Below are positions 7,657-17,157 of a DNA stretch of 32,000 bases, piece by piece. This stretch comes from Saccharolobus solfataricus (lineage in GTDB: Archaea; Thermoproteota; Thermoprotei_A; Sulfolobales; Sulfolobaceae). The notes below the pieces were generated by a model. The model was given only the letters and a program-made list of their open reading frames with translations. It was not told where the DNA came from and did not search any database. Made by a program: the position numbers and the translations under genes. Positions within the stretch are counted from its first letter, which is position 1. The number at the start of each line of letters is the position of its first letter. Location of the stretch: NCBI RefSeq assembly GCF_900079115.1, contig NZ_LT549890.1, positions 3,002,025-3,034,024 on the forward strand, given 5' to 3'.

Positions 7657-8553
7657 CTACCAATTTAGTACACTGGAATCGCACTCTGAGTATTTAAAGG
7701 CTAGTAGTAGAGCACCTTGTTCTGGCTCATGTTCTGCAATTACCCCTTTTATATTATTATTATCTAAATAATTTCTAAAGAAATTATAATATACTGAAGA
7801 ATTAAACATTCCGCCTTTTAGGAATATTTTATCAACACCTATTTTTACTGCCAGCTGAACAGCATAACTAGCGAGCTCAAAGGCTGCGTTTTTCAATATA
7901 TCTAAGGCTATCCAATCCCCTTCATTAGCCGCTTCATCTACTATTTTTGCTAATGATGCGATATCCTTAACCTTATGACCCTCATGATAAGCCCACTTTA
8001 TTAAATCATCAACATCATTTATATTCAAATTCTTCATTATCTTATCTGCAATTATTGTTTTGTTTATCCTGCCATCTAACATCTTTCCAAAAGCTCTCAG
8101 TGCTTCTCTTCCTATCCAATAAGCTGAACCTTCATCAGCTATTAACCATCCTAAGCCTCCAAACCTAACCCTCCTATTACCATCATAGCCAACTATAACA
8201 CTCCCAGTACCTGCTATAACTATAACTCCAGGGTTTCCTCTAGTTTCTGCATAAAGAGCGACAAAACCATCGTGATCGACATAAACGTTTTTTGCAATAG
8301 ATCTCAATGCTTCTGCCATTATGTTGTAATCATATCTAGAATCTACCCCAGCCAAACCTACATAAGCTACATCTGGTTTCATACCTTTTGTGGCTAATAA
8401 AATCGCTCTGTTAACGTTTTTTACAGCCTCTTCAACACCTACATTATGGAAATTCGCAGGTCCAGCTAAACCCTTGCCTAAGAAGGATCCGCTACAAGTA
8501 TAAGCTATAGCACTTGTTTTACTTCCTCCCCCATCCACTCCGACAAGTATCAT
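7657..8553 (-). CDS. BadF/BadG/BcrA/BcrD-type ATPase: broad-specificity hexokinase / N-acetylglucosamine kinase family
   Basis: 298 aa. Phosphate-1 motif ILVGVDGGGSKT and phosphate-2 motif VIVIAGTGSV. The size matches the characterised ~299-aa Sulfolobus hexokinase family. Confidence 0.8.
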   Translation of the reverse strand: MILVGVDGGGSKTSAIAYTCSGSFLGKGLAGPANFHNVGVEEAVKNVNRAILLATKGMKPDVAYVGLAGVDSRYDYNIMAEALRSIAKNVYVDHDGFVALYAETRGNPGVIVIAGTGSVIVGYDGNRRVRFGGLGWLIADEGSAYWIGREALRAFGKMLDGRINKTIIADKIMKNLNINDVDDLIKWAYHEGHKVKDIASLAKIVDEAANEGDWIALDILKNAAFELASYAVQLAVKIGVDKIFLKGGMFNSSVYYNFFRNYLDNNNIKGVIAEHEPEQGALLLAFKYSECDSSVLNW

Positions 8554-8569
8554 GAAATATATTATGTTG

Positions 8570-9331
8570 TTAAAGAAATTTAAATGAATAGTTTAATGCG
8601 TCTAGATAGCTTTTAGGGTCTCCTACGTTTAACCATTTCTCATCTTCATTCATTTCTAACGCGTAAACTTCTTTACCATCTAGCAACAAATTATGTATCC
8701 CATAAGTTAACTCCAACTCTTTACCTTCCTCAACCTTAATTTGCCTTAAGGCACTGAATATACTAGGCTTAAAAATGTAAACTGCAGCTATGGCTAAGTT
8801 AGATTTTGGATGTAATGGTTTCTCCTCCGCGTCAATTACCCTATATAATTTGTGACCATTGTACATACCCTTATCTTGAACAGTTACCACACCATATCTA
8901 CTAGGATTTTCCACTCTTCTGACTAAAAGTACGCCATCTGGACTTATTTCATTAAATAGCAATTTGAGAGAGTCATATCCTTTAGTTAGAACACCATCAT
9001 CAGCATGAACGAAGAAAGGTTCATTTGTTGAGAAGTCCTCTGCCCTCAAGACTGCATCGCCAAATCCCTTAGGCATATCTTGAAATACAAAAGTTGGTGT
9101 TCTATCGAATAAGTATTGCATTAGTAACATTCCATTTCTTCCTACCACGATACAGAACTTTTCTACACCAATCTTATTTAATGAATCCATTATTAAATCT
9201 ATAACTGGTCTAGTTACCTTCCCTCCATTTTCCGTTACGAATAAGGGTAATAATGCCTTTGGTAATACATTTGTTATATGTTTCATTCGACTTCCTTTTC
9301 CAGCTGATGTAATTACGGCCTTTTCAAGCAT
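8570..9331 (-). CDS. Sugar-1-phosphate nucleotidyltransferase (glucose-1-P thymidylyl/uridylyltransferase family)
   Basis: 253 aa. N-terminal AVITSAGKGSRMK ... LPKALLP signature of NTP-transferases. Lies 17 nt upstream of the kinase gene on the same strand. Confidence 0.85.
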   Translation of the reverse strand: MLEKAVITSAGKGSRMKHITNVLPKALLPLFVTENGGKVTRPVIDLIMDSLNKIGVEKFCIVVGRNGMLLMQYLFDRTPTFVFQDMPKGFGDAVLRAEDFSTNEPFFVHADDGVLTKGYDSLKLLFNEISPDGVLLVRRVENPSRYGVVTVQDKGMYNGHKLYRVIDAEEKPLHPKSNLAIAAVYIFKPSIFSALRQIKVEEGKELELTYGIHNLLLDGKEVYALEMNEDEKWLNVGDPKSYLDALNYSFKFL

Positions 9332-9353
9332 TAATTCATATTAAAGTATTCAT

Positions 9354-9361
9354 ATTATATA
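9354..9361 (-). promoter_or_regulatory. TATA-like box (TATATAAT on the minus strand) ~26 nt upstream of the nucleotidyltransferase ATG; also the left target-site duplication of the IS
   Basis: The minus strand reads cacaaagca-TATATAAT-22 nt-ATG(9331). The same 8-mer ATTATATA recurs at 10421-10428. Confidence 0.4.
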
Positions 9362-9380
9362 TGCTTTGTGGATTGCTTCA
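9362..9380 (+). repeat. Left terminal inverted repeat of the ISC1058-like element
   Basis: TGCTTTGTGGATTGCTTCA; pairs with 10401-10420. Confidence 0.7.
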
Positions 9381-9395
9381 GAATTGTACAAAAAG

Positions 9396-9403
9396 TTTAT
9401 AAA
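9396..9403 (+). promoter_or_regulatory. TATA box of the transposase gene (TTTATAAA), with a purine-rich BRE-like AAAAG immediately upstream
   Basis: Centre ~25 nt upstream of ATG 9425; implies a leaderless or near-leaderless mRNA. Confidence 0.45.
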
Positions 9404-9424
9404 TTATTCGTTTAAGTATTACCT

Positions 9425-10324
9425 ATGGGAAAGAGTAAGTACAAGAGGGACTGGAGCAAGTACGACGAGAACGTCATTACTAGATATAAGTTGATGTTCC
9501 CCTTCTACGTATTCGAACATTGGTGGGACTTATTAGCAGAGGAGAACAGGAACGCTAGGACAAAGTATAAAGCTCCGAAGGAGTTCGACGAATTCCTAGC
9601 CTTCCTCCACATCTTCCTACCTTACAGAGCAATAGAAGGAGTATTAAGAGCCTTAGAACAATTGAAGATCATCCCCACAAGCCTCGATTACTCAACAATA
9701 TGGAAGAGAGTGAGGAACATGAAAATAACCTTCCCCGAGGCAAGTGACGAACTTGAAGTAATTGCAGACGCTACAGGCATTAGCACAAACACGGGAGGAC
9801 AATACATTGTTGCCAAGTGGGGTAAGACTAGGGATTCAAAATTCCTCAAGATCGAGATAGTAATGGACAATAACGAATTCAACGTGATAAACGCTGAGGT
9901 CACTAGCAACGAGGTTGAAAGCGCTGTAAAAACAGTTAAGGATCTTCAAGATAAGGGAAAGAAGGTCAAGAAGTTTTATGGAGATAAGACATATGACGCC
10001 AATGAGGTTTACAAGACCGGAGTTGAGGTTGTAGTTCCTCCCAAGAAGAACGCTTCTACTAAAAGGGGCCATCTTGCTAGACGTAAGGCTGTGCGGGAGT
10101 TTAGGAAGTTGGGTTATGATCGTTGGAGGGAGGAGAAGGGTTATGGCGTTAGGTGGAGGGTCGAGTCCTTGTTCTCTGCGGTGAAGCGTACTTTTGGGGA
10201 ATCGGTTAGGGCAACAAGTTTTGCTGGACAAGTAGTTGAGGCTAAGCTCAAGTTCTGGGCTTACGCGTGGATGGTTCACTTGGCGAATTCTGTAGTCGGT
10301 AGGGCTCCGGGCATTAGGGTGTAA
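9425..10324 (+). CDS. IS5-family DDE transposase
   Basis: 299 aa. DDE-type blocks IADATGIS, FYGDKTYD and RWRVESLFSAVKRTFG (the Y-2-R-3-E-6-K-like region of IS4/IS5 transposases). Higher G+C than the host genes. Confidence 0.9.
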   Translation: MGKSKYKRDWSKYDENVITRYKLMFPFYVFEHWWDLLAEENRNARTKYKAPKEFDEFLAFLHIFLPYRAIEGVLRALEQLKIIPTSLDYSTIWKRVRNMKITFPEASDELEVIADATGISTNTGGQYIVAKWGKTRDSKFLKIEIVMDNNEFNVINAEVTSNEVESAVKTVKDLQDKGKKVKKFYGDKTYDANEVYKTGVEVVVPPKKNASTKRGHLARRKAVREFRKLGYDRWREEKGYGVRWRVESLFSAVKRTFGESVRATSFAGQVVEAKLKFWAYAWMVHLANSVVGRAPGIRV

Positions 10325-10400
10325 GCTTGAGAGGAACGTTGAAATAAATATTAATTACTGAAAAATTAGTGTTATACAATATCGTTTTAATGAGACAAAT

Positions 10401-10420
10401 TGAACAAATCAACAAAGTAT
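10401..10420 (-). repeat. Right terminal inverted repeat of the ISC1058-like element
   Basis: TGAACAAATCAACAAAGTAT; its reverse complement matches the left end. Confidence 0.7.
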
Positions 10421-10442
10421 ATTATATAAGATCATTGTGAAG

Positions 10443-11783
10443 TTATTCTTCTTGCTCACTTTCCTCTTCCATCATACTTAACGTCTCAGCCACTAGAAAA
10501 CCTATTATTATGAATGACATAAAGATATATACTTCTATAGGAGAAGCAGAAGACAAAGAATTTATTAGCTCAAATATACTAAAGGTCACTGCTGAAATTC
10601 CAACTATAATTTGGAACAGCCTCTTTCTGAATTTCTTGATTGAAATTTTTATTAACGAAAAATTGGCTGCTACGTGTACAAATAAACTTGAAAACAGAGC
10701 TATAGCTCCTAATACGCCAAATGCGACGAATGGGTTATTTATTAAATATAAACCGAATAATGAGGTTATAAAGTATAATATAACGGACAATATTACAGCA
10801 TTGGTAGGTCCTTTGTAATTTTCAAATTTGCTGAAAACTTTAGGTAAAAGATTAGTATAAGACATAGCGAAGATTGTCCTAGATGTTGCTATAATAAATC
10901 CTAAACTTCCTAAGATACCATCGTTTATGGCTGCAAATAAAACAAATATGAAAGTAATAAGACCAAATCTATTTTCTATTAGATGTAAAATGTCGACGTT
11001 ATTAGCTGATATGTTGTAGAATAATAAATGATCACCTATTGCGTAAATATCGAATGCAGCTAGCAATCCTCCTAATAGAATAACTGTTATTATAGCCCTA
11101 CTAATTGTCTTTCTTGCATCTTTAGCCTCACCAGAAACTGGTGCTATTGCTCCATAGCCAGTAGGTATACTAGAACCGAATAGAATAGCATATGCTAAAG
11201 TTCCTAAGTTTACATGAAAAGATAATGGATTATAAAAGTGAAATCCAGTAGAGCTTAAAAATACTAGTGCAAGTGTAGTCATAATACCTATTTCTAACAA
11301 GCTTGTAAAAACAGCGTATTTTGTGCTAATCTTTATACCCATAATTGCAAAAAAGGATGCAATTGATAGAAGACCTAGCCCTACTATCCAAGGATTTATC
11401 CCTAGGATGTGATAGAGAATATATGTAGTTCCAAAAATATACGCAACACCATATGTAGTAGAGTATAGTACATAGAGCCATCCAGTTTCAAAACCTAAAC
11501 GTTTAGTTAAAGAATAAAATGCATATGTATAATAACCACCCGCTTTAGTAAATCTCTTTGAAAGTTCATAAACTACCAATCCATTTAGGAGTACTAGTAA
11601 GGTGCCTAAAATGATTGCTATAGGGGCTAAAAAACCAGCAATAATAAACGCTTCTACGCCATATGTCAAGATACTCAGAAAGGGTGATTGAGAACCCATT
11701 GAAAGAAAAACGATATCAATAAAGCCTAAATGTCTTTTAGGTTCTTGATTCTGTTGTGCTTTGCTGATTGACGAGGTACTCAT
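10443..11783 (-). CDS. APC-superfamily amino acid permease
   Basis: 446 aa with about 12 hydrophobic helices. N-terminal region and GSxxP-type first-helix pattern typical of amino acid/polyamine transporters. Confidence 0.8.
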   Translation of the reverse strand: MSTSSISKAQQNQEPKRHLGFIDIVFLSMGSQSPFLSILTYGVEAFIIAGFLAPIAIILGTLLVLLNGLVVYELSKRFTKAGGYYTYAFYSLTKRLGFETGWLYVLYSTTYGVAYIFGTTYILYHILGINPWIVGLGLLSIASFFAIMGIKISTKYAVFTSLLEIGIMTTLALVFLSSTGFHFYNPLSFHVNLGTLAYAILFGSSIPTGYGAIAPVSGEAKDARKTISRAIITVILLGGLLAAFDIYAIGDHLLFYNISANNVDILHLIENRFGLITFIFVLFAAINDGILGSLGFIIATSRTIFAMSYTNLLPKVFSKFENYKGPTNAVILSVILYFITSLFGLYLINNPFVAFGVLGAIALFSSLFVHVAANFSLIKISIKKFRKRLFQIIVGISAVTFSIFELINSLSSASPIEVYIFMSFIIIGFLVAETLSMMEEESEQEE

Positions 11784-11841
11784 CCGAAAATCACTTTTCT
11801 ACGACTATTATTTAAACTCTTTCCCTTATACTGTTAAAAAA

Positions 11842-12960
11842 TTACTTTAGAATATTTATCTTTTGGACTAGTTTAAATAATGATACCACTACGTATGCAT
11901 CTACTACTGGCATAAAATCTGTTACATAAAAACTAAAGAGAGTATGATTTCCCAAGATATAAACAATTACAAATCCTATCCACATAGTCCACGCCCACAT
12001 TGTAGTAGTTATCAGCTTACTGTCTCTAAAAATAAACGCAAGTGGAGTTGTAATTATCCATAGTATTAACACATAAGGATTAGTACTGGCATACAAATTG
12101 TAACCAAGATAGAAAGGATGAATGTTTAAGAACCAATCCCATGGAGTTGAAATCTGAGAAGTCGCAGTTAAAGTAATATGGCCGTTAGTAACGTCCCACA
12201 ATGCTCTGTGAATTATAGTAGCGTCTAGCCACGCCTTAATTCCACCGTAATAAGCTATTAATGGGGTAGAGAACAAAATGTATATCAAAGCTGGAATTCC
12301 TATTCCATAAATCGCTCTTTTCTTAACATTATTTGAAATCTCTCCTAGATAGTAAAGAAACGGAAATATTAGAACATAAGCTGATTCCTTTGACAGCATA
12401 GCCAAGGCTAACGCTATACTAGCCCATAGTGGTTTATCGTTCAGTAGAAAATAAAGAGATAGAAAACTGAAGAAGGATACGTAAATATCAAGAAGCGCTA
12501 TACCGTGAAGAGACCACACATTCGGATCCAGCGCAATAAGAAGAGCAGTAAGTATTCCAGCTAAGTTGCCTAAAATTCCGTTACTAACTAGTTTTTTGCC
12601 AAGAAAATAACCTACGATAAGCATGAGATCACCTAGAATCCAACTAGGTATTCTCCAAACTATCGGATAGTATCCCACAAAGTAGATGAAAACTGCCATA
12701 ATGTATTTAGCTAGAGGAGGATGTTCTGGATTTATATATGTTTGAATATTCTGCTCATTCGGATATCCTATATTTGTCATTGGTGGGGGAGTTACATGAA
12801 ACACTAATTTTAGCATATTATAAGCAGCTGTAGGATACCATACCTCATCACCTATATATGCGTTAATAGGTGAAAACGTAATTACTGTTTCATAAGTATA
12901 TACAGAAATAAGTACAATTAAGGACAAATAAAAGAAAAAGTTAATCCACTTTAATTGCAT
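11842..12960 (-). CDS. GT-C fold membrane glycosyltransferase (GT39 / ArnT-PMT-like, dolichyl-phosphate-sugar dependent)
   Basis: 372 aa, multi-pass. Acidic first-loop motif YIGDEVWY, characteristic of PMT/ArnT-type enzymes. Confidence 0.7.
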   Translation of the reverse strand: MQLKWINFFFYLSLIVLISVYTYETVITFSPINAYIGDEVWYPTAAYNMLKLVFHVTPPPMTNIGYPNEQNIQTYINPEHPPLAKYIMAVFIYFVGYYPIVWRIPSWILGDLMLIVGYFLGKKLVSNGILGNLAGILTALLIALDPNVWSLHGIALLDIYVSFFSFLSLYFLLNDKPLWASIALALAMLSKESAYVLIFPFLYYLGEISNNVKKRAIYGIGIPALIYILFSTPLIAYYGGIKAWLDATIIHRALWDVTNGHITLTATSQISTPWDWFLNIHPFYLGYNLYASTNPYVLILWIITTPLAFIFRDSKLITTTMWAWTMWIGFVIVYILGNHTLFSFYVTDFMPVVDAYVVVSLFKLVQKINILK

Positions 12961-12971
12961 AAACTAAGCCT

Positions 12972-13790
12972 TTACTTCAAAATTTTTAAAGCTTCTCCAA
13001 TATCCGCATTCTCGTGAATAACCTTCGATATAGCTTTAGCTAGCTTGTCTGGTTCTTCCGCTTGCCATAAATTCCTGCCTACAGTTACACCCTTAGCTCC
13101 AGCTTCTAGAGCATCTCTTAGCATCCTTAAGAATTCCTCAGTTGTATTTGTCTTAGGACCTCCTCTAATTAGGATTGGACTAAATGCCACGTTAATGACT
13201 TGTCTAAATGATTCCTTGTTTCCCGTATAATCAACTTTTAGAATATCAGCACCTATTTCTGATGCTAATCTAGTCACATACTTTACCAAATCTACTTCTT
13301 TTACTGAATCTGGATTATCTTTTGTAACATATAAAGGTTCTACAATGAACGGTATCCCATAATCATTTGCCTCTTTTCTTAAGGAAGATAAGACACTCAA
13401 ATTATACCCTTCTACTGTGTCGTTTCCATAGCCGACTACTAGATAAGTAACTACAGCATCTGCTCCAGCACTGATCGCGTCCTTTACTGTATAAATACTC
13501 GCATAATAACCCTCATTGTAGACCTTGTATTTTTGCCTCCATACGTTCGCAGTATCCAATCTAGTTATTAACATAGGTGACCCTCTTGAAAAGAAGTTCT
13601 CCTTAACAAGTTTTACCATTGAAGGTGTCATTTGTAAGGCATCTGGACCATTTTTAGCAATTTTAGCTACGACTTCTACAGGATTTTCTATTCCCTTCAA
13701 TGGTCCCATTACCAATCCGTGATCTAAGGCAACAACAAAAGCTCTACCTTTATCAAATAACTTGGCCATTCGAATTTCTGAACCAATCAT
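12972..13790 (-). CDS. fba: Archaeal class I (DhnA-type) fructose-1,6-bisphosphate aldolase family
   Basis: 272 aa. VVALDHGLVMGP N-terminal motif. Schiff-base lysine context GADILKVDYTG. TIM-barrel aldolase length. Confidence 0.8.
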   Translation of the reverse strand: MIGSEIRMAKLFDKGRAFVVALDHGLVMGPLKGIENPVEVVAKIAKNGPDALQMTPSMVKLVKENFFSRGSPMLITRLDTANVWRQKYKVYNEGYYASIYTVKDAISAGADAVVTYLVVGYGNDTVEGYNLSVLSSLRKEANDYGIPFIVEPLYVTKDNPDSVKEVDLVKYVTRLASEIGADILKVDYTGNKESFRQVINVAFSPILIRGGPKTNTTEEFLRMLRDALEAGAKGVTVGRNLWQAEEPDKLAKAISKVIHENADIGEALKILK

Positions 13791-13799
13791 AGAAGTAGA

Positions 13800-15272
13800 T
13801 TAAACTCTTTGCTTAAATTCTCTTATAATCGCTATTACCAACCTTCTACCATAAGGGTTAAAAGCGTAGTTGTATAGAGTAAAGACCAAAATTGCTACGA
13901 CAGCATATATGCCCATTGCCAAAAAACTTACTGGTCTATAAACAGTTGACAAAGGCAAACTGAGTGCGCTTAAGCCTAATGGTATAAGAAATTCTCGCAA
14001 TGGAAATCTAAAATTATAAATTCGCTTACATACATTATAGGAGGTAAACAGCATTGAAAATGAATTAGTTATTATCCCAATACTCATAAAGGCTGCTAAT
14101 AAATAAGGCGAGTAAGAGGAGAAGAAGTAAATCAGTAAAGTTGAAATTCCTAAACCTAGTAATGAAAAAAGTAAATTGGAAGTTGTAAGCTTAAATAGGT
14201 AACCCTTAAATTCATCCTTGGATTCTACTGACAGAGTGGGATCGGCCATTGTTATACTTTGATAGAAGATACTATACAAGCCTCTTATGAAATTTGAAAA
14301 AGTAAGTATATATAGTGAGAAAATAGCTGCTATATACTCAGGTCTTAGTTTGTATAAAACTCCATATCCGTCTAAGAAAATAAGAATTAAAAATAAGCTA
14401 CCAACTATTGAGTAAAGTTTGATTGCATCAACGATTATAGATGGATTTTTATCTTCAGCTAACTTAGCCATAAGCCCTGTATATATTGCTTGTGACCAAA
14501 TTTGAATATTACTAACTATAATTGCTGATTCAAAATATGCTACTACTAGATCTGAATTTACTATACCTAGAGTTATCCATACTATTGATGCTTCTAGAAT
14601 ATATTGAATATAATTCGCTATATATACTACTGCTTTTCTAACAGCCGAAAAAGCTACCTTAAAGTCAATCTTGAGATTAGCTCTTATAAAGAATAAATTG
14701 AATAATACTTGAGCAAGATAGCCTATACTGTAAGCTAAGATTACTGCCAGAATAGAAAGATTAAATATAAACATGAATATAATCCCTGAAACTAATCTTA
14801 AAACTTGAAAGATTAGTGCAGAAATTCCAACAATCTTGGGTGTTCTTCCTTGAGCTATTGAATTTGTTACAGTCAGTAAATAGGTTAAAATGATTAGCGA
14901 TATTGCAGAATAGAAATAGATAGGAACATCCAGCTTAGTTAAAGAAATGTAGTATGGAACTAAAAGAGCGAAAACCAAACTTGAACTAATTCCAGCTATC
15001 AAGTTAATTATTACTATTCCTCCTACATTCTTCCTTTCTGCAGAATATCTTGACGTTATTAATGAGAATAGATTTGCGGGTATCGTAAAATAACCTATTG
15101 TGAAAACGTACAAGGTTTGCCATGTCGCAAAATAAGTAATACCATAAGGAGGATTCGATAAGTACTTTGCAACCATTAACGTGAAGACAAATGAAATAGG
15201 AGCACCTAAAGCCCTAGTTAGTAAGTTAATAATACCTATTCTTGTAACTCTCACAGTCTCTTTTTTATCCAC
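13800..15272 (-). CDS. MOP-superfamily polysaccharide/oligosaccharide flippase (Wzx/RfbX-like)
   Basis: 490 aa with about 12-14 hydrophobic helices. N-terminal TRALGAPISFVFTLMVAKYLS resembles polysaccharide biosynthesis protein family members. Confidence 0.7.
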   Translation of the reverse strand: MDKKETVRVTRIGIINLLTRALGAPISFVFTLMVAKYLSNPPYGITYFATWQTLYVFTIGYFTIPANLFSLITSRYSAERKNVGGIVIINLIAGISSSLVFALLVPYYISLTKLDVPIYFYSAISLIILTYLLTVTNSIAQGRTPKIVGISALIFQVLRLVSGIIFMFIFNLSILAVILAYSIGYLAQVLFNLFFIRANLKIDFKVAFSAVRKAVVYIANYIQYILEASIVWITLGIVNSDLVVAYFESAIIVSNIQIWSQAIYTGLMAKLAEDKNPSIIVDAIKLYSIVGSLFLILIFLDGYGVLYKLRPEYIAAIFSLYILTFSNFIRGLYSIFYQSITMADPTLSVESKDEFKGYLFKLTTSNLLFSLLGLGISTLLIYFFSSYSPYLLAAFMSIGIITNSFSMLFTSYNVCKRIYNFRFPLREFLIPLGLSALSLPLSTVYRPVSFLAMGIYAVVAILVFTLYNYAFNPYGRRLVIAIIREFKQRV

Positions 15273-15371
15273 ATTTTTACGTATCGAAAATAAAGTATTT
15301 ATAGTCTATCGAATCAAAAAGGTTTGAGATTAATCTAATAATATTATAAAAATCTCTTATCAACAGAGTTG

Positions 15372-15770
15372 TTAGCCTTCTAAAATATCATCTATTGCCC
15401 GTGCAATATCTCTTATAGATATTATTCCCCTTAAGTTTCCATCATAATCAATAACTGGTAAATGTCTAATGTTATATGTTCTCATAAGGCTTAATGCTCC
15501 AGTTATTGGTGAATCTTCCTTGATAGTTATAAGGGAAGCAGTCATTATTTCTTCTGCTATGGTATCTAGACTTTTACCTTTTCCAATAGCCCTAACTACA
15601 TCACGTTCCGTTATTATGCCAATAGGTTTCCCATTATCCACTACAATTACTGAACCTACGTTATTATCTGTCATAATTCTAGTTACTTCTTTAAGCATAG
15701 TATTTCTACCTACTGTTATTACACGGGTTTTCATATATTCTTTTACAAATTCTTCTTTCATATTTATCAT
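15372..15770 (-). CDS. Tandem CBS-domain protein
   Basis: Two CBS repeats (MKTRVITV...GSVIVVD...GIITERDV and IMTASLITI...IRHLPVID...GIISIRDI). I place the start at Met25 (MINMKEE) of the 156-aa ORF because the first 24 codons are low-complexity and AT-rich. Met28 (15761) is also possible. Confidence 0.8.
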   Translation of the reverse strand: MINMKEEFVKEYMKTRVITVGRNTMLKEVTRIMTDNNVGSVIVVDNGKPIGIITERDVVRAIGKGKSLDTIAEEIMTASLITIKEDSPITGALSLMRTYNIRHLPVIDYDGNLRGIISIRDIARAIDDILEG

Positions 15771-16010
15771 TGTATAGGAAAAAAGATAATATAAATTTAA
15801 GCTATATATGCTCTTACCGATAATATGATAAAGAAAAGACAAGCTTCATCCTTTTAGGTAGTTACAAAATCGTTTTCATAAGATTTCTATAAGAGATCGT
15901 AGTGACCAACCTTAATTACATGCATTGTTATTTGTAATTAAAATAATCTTGTATAAACAATTTTGGAAGTATTATTTAGGACAGGAGAGAAGTCGGATGT
16001 AATGTGATTA

Positions 16011-16136
16011 GTCGACTTGTTGAATATTTTTACACTAAACTGCTATTAACTTCCTTTCAATTAATGATAGCGTGTTCAATTTATATTTGTGATGCACCTT
16101 AACCCTTTATGCGAATTCAACAAATCCACGAAGCAG
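16011..16136. mobile_element. Second, more diverged copy of the ISC1058-related MITE (SM3-type)
   Basis: ~126 bp, collinear with the 5458-5592 copy (shared blocks TTGTTGA, ATAT.TTT.CAC, AACTG, CTATT, TTCC(T)TTCAATTAAT, GTGT.CAATTT, TGT.ATGC, TTAAC, TCAACA..TCCAC.AAG). The reverse complement of its right end, CTGCTTCGTGG, matches the IS left end TGCTTTGTGG 9/10. It is flanked by the 9-bp direct repeat ATGTGATTA (16002-16010) and ATGTGATGA (16137-16145). Confidence 0.55.
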
Positions 16137-16150
16137 ATGTGATGAAAAAT

Positions 16151-16158
16151 AATATAAA
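16151..16158 (+). promoter_or_regulatory. TATA-like box (AATATAAA) of htpX
   Basis: Centre ~26 nt upstream of ATG 16180 and 15 nt downstream of the MITE end. Confidence 0.4.
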
Positions 16159-16179
16159 CTCCCTGCACGAGATTAGCAT

Positions 16180-17157
16180 ATGAATTGGGAAGTAGTAAAA
16201 TTAAGATTAAATATGGCGTTAGCAACTCTAGGAATTACCTTACTAGGATTTGCATTGGCGTTAGCAGTTGCGGATTATGCGTTCGGGGCGCAATTTGGAG
16301 TAGGATTAATATTATCTATCTTAATATTTATATTCTTCCTTAACATTATTCAATGGTTGTTCGGACCATATATGATAAACTGGGCATATAGGACAGTAGA
16401 AGTAACTCCTACTGATCCAGTTTATGGATGGTTATACAGTACTGTAGCCGAAGTTGCAAAATATAATGGATTTAGAGAAGTACCAAAAGTTTACATTGCT
16501 GATGTGCCATTCCCTAATGCTTTTGCATATGGAAGTCCGATAGCTGGTAAAAGAATAGCCTTTACATTACCAATATTAAAATTACTAAATAGGGATGAAA
16601 TAATGGCAGTAGCGGGACATGAGCTAGGACATCTAAAGCATAGAGATGTAGAATTGCTAATGGCTGTAGGTCTGATTCCAGCTTTAATTTATTACTTAGG
16701 TTGGTGGTTATTCTGGGGAGGATTGTTTAGTGGAGGAGGAAATGGTAGAGGGAATAATGGAGGATTAGTTTTCCTTTTAGGAATTATAATGATGGCAGTA
16801 AGTTTTGTTTTTCAACTACTAGTACTATCCTTAAATAGAATGAGAGAAGCCTACGCAGATGTTAACTCGGCCTTAACAGTACCTGGTGGAAAAGAAAACT
16901 TGCAACTAGCCTTAGCTAAATTAACACTATCAATGGATCCAGAAGCATTAGAAAGATTTAAGAAAAAGAGTACTACAAACCAAATGGCAAGTATGTTATT
17001 CTTTACCAACGCCATTGAAGAAGTTCCAACATGGAATGCCAAAGAGTTAGTGGAAATTTGGAAAACTACAAAGGTTCCATGGTATGCTGATATATTTATG
17101 GATCATCCACATCCTGCCAAAAGGATACAGTTACTAGATAAAGTTTCAAAATATTAA
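16180..17157 (+). CDS. htpX: HtpX-type M48 zinc metalloprotease
   Basis: 325 aa. HELGHLKHRD zinc motif between TM helices. Gly-rich loop GGGNGRGNNGG. C-terminal HPHPAKR motif typical of HtpX. Confidence 0.9.
   Translation: MNWEVVKLRLNMALATLGITLLGFALALAVADYAFGAQFGVGLILSILIFIFFLNIIQWLFGPYMINWAYRTVEVTPTDPVYGWLYSTVAEVAKYNGFREVPKVYIADVPFPNAFAYGSPIAGKRIAFTLPILKLLNRDEIMAVAGHELGHLKHRDVELLMAVGLIPALIYYLGWWLFWGGLFSGGGNGRGNNGGLVFLLGIIMMAVSFVFQLLVLSLNRMREAYADVNSALTVPGGKENLQLALAKLTLSMDPEALERFKKKSTTNQMASMLFFTNAIEEVPTWNAKELVEIWKTTKVPWYADIFMDHPHPAKRIQLLDKVSKY

Larger units (their letters stand above)
9362..10420 (+). mobile_element. Complete IS5-family insertion sequence, ISC1058-like (~1059 bp)
   Basis: A single DDE transposase ORF. 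The terminal inverted repeats CTTTGTGGATTGCTTCA (9364-9380) and the reverse complement of 10401-10417, CTTTGTTGATTTGTTCA, match 14/17. It is flanked by the 8-bp direct repeat ATTATATA (9354-9361 and 10421-10428), extendable to ATATTATATA depending on where the ends are drawn. The size matches my memory of the 1058-bp ISC1058. Confidence 0.8.

Noticed and set aside
9688-10279. Two antisense ORFs (73 and 147 aa) inside the IS transposase gene
   Set aside because: They lie opposite a clear DDE transposase. The G+C-richer IS sequence is stop-poor in several frames.
10510-10818. 102-aa antisense ORF inside the permease gene
   Set aside because: It is a shadow of a 12-TM transporter gene.
13045-13722. 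Two short antisense ORFs inside the aldolase gene
   Set aside because: They are nested opposite a well-supported enzyme gene.
15469-15777. 102-aa antisense ORF inside the CBS-domain gene
   Set aside because: The shadow ORF has a hydrophobic low-complexity translation.
16139-16180. C/D-box sRNA suggested by GTGATGA at 16139-16145
   Set aside because: No D' or D box (CTGA) occurs at the expected 12-nt spacing, and no terminal stem is present. The motif is simply part of the MITE target-site duplication.
16851-17042. 63-aa antisense ORF in htpX
   Set aside because: Shadow ORF.
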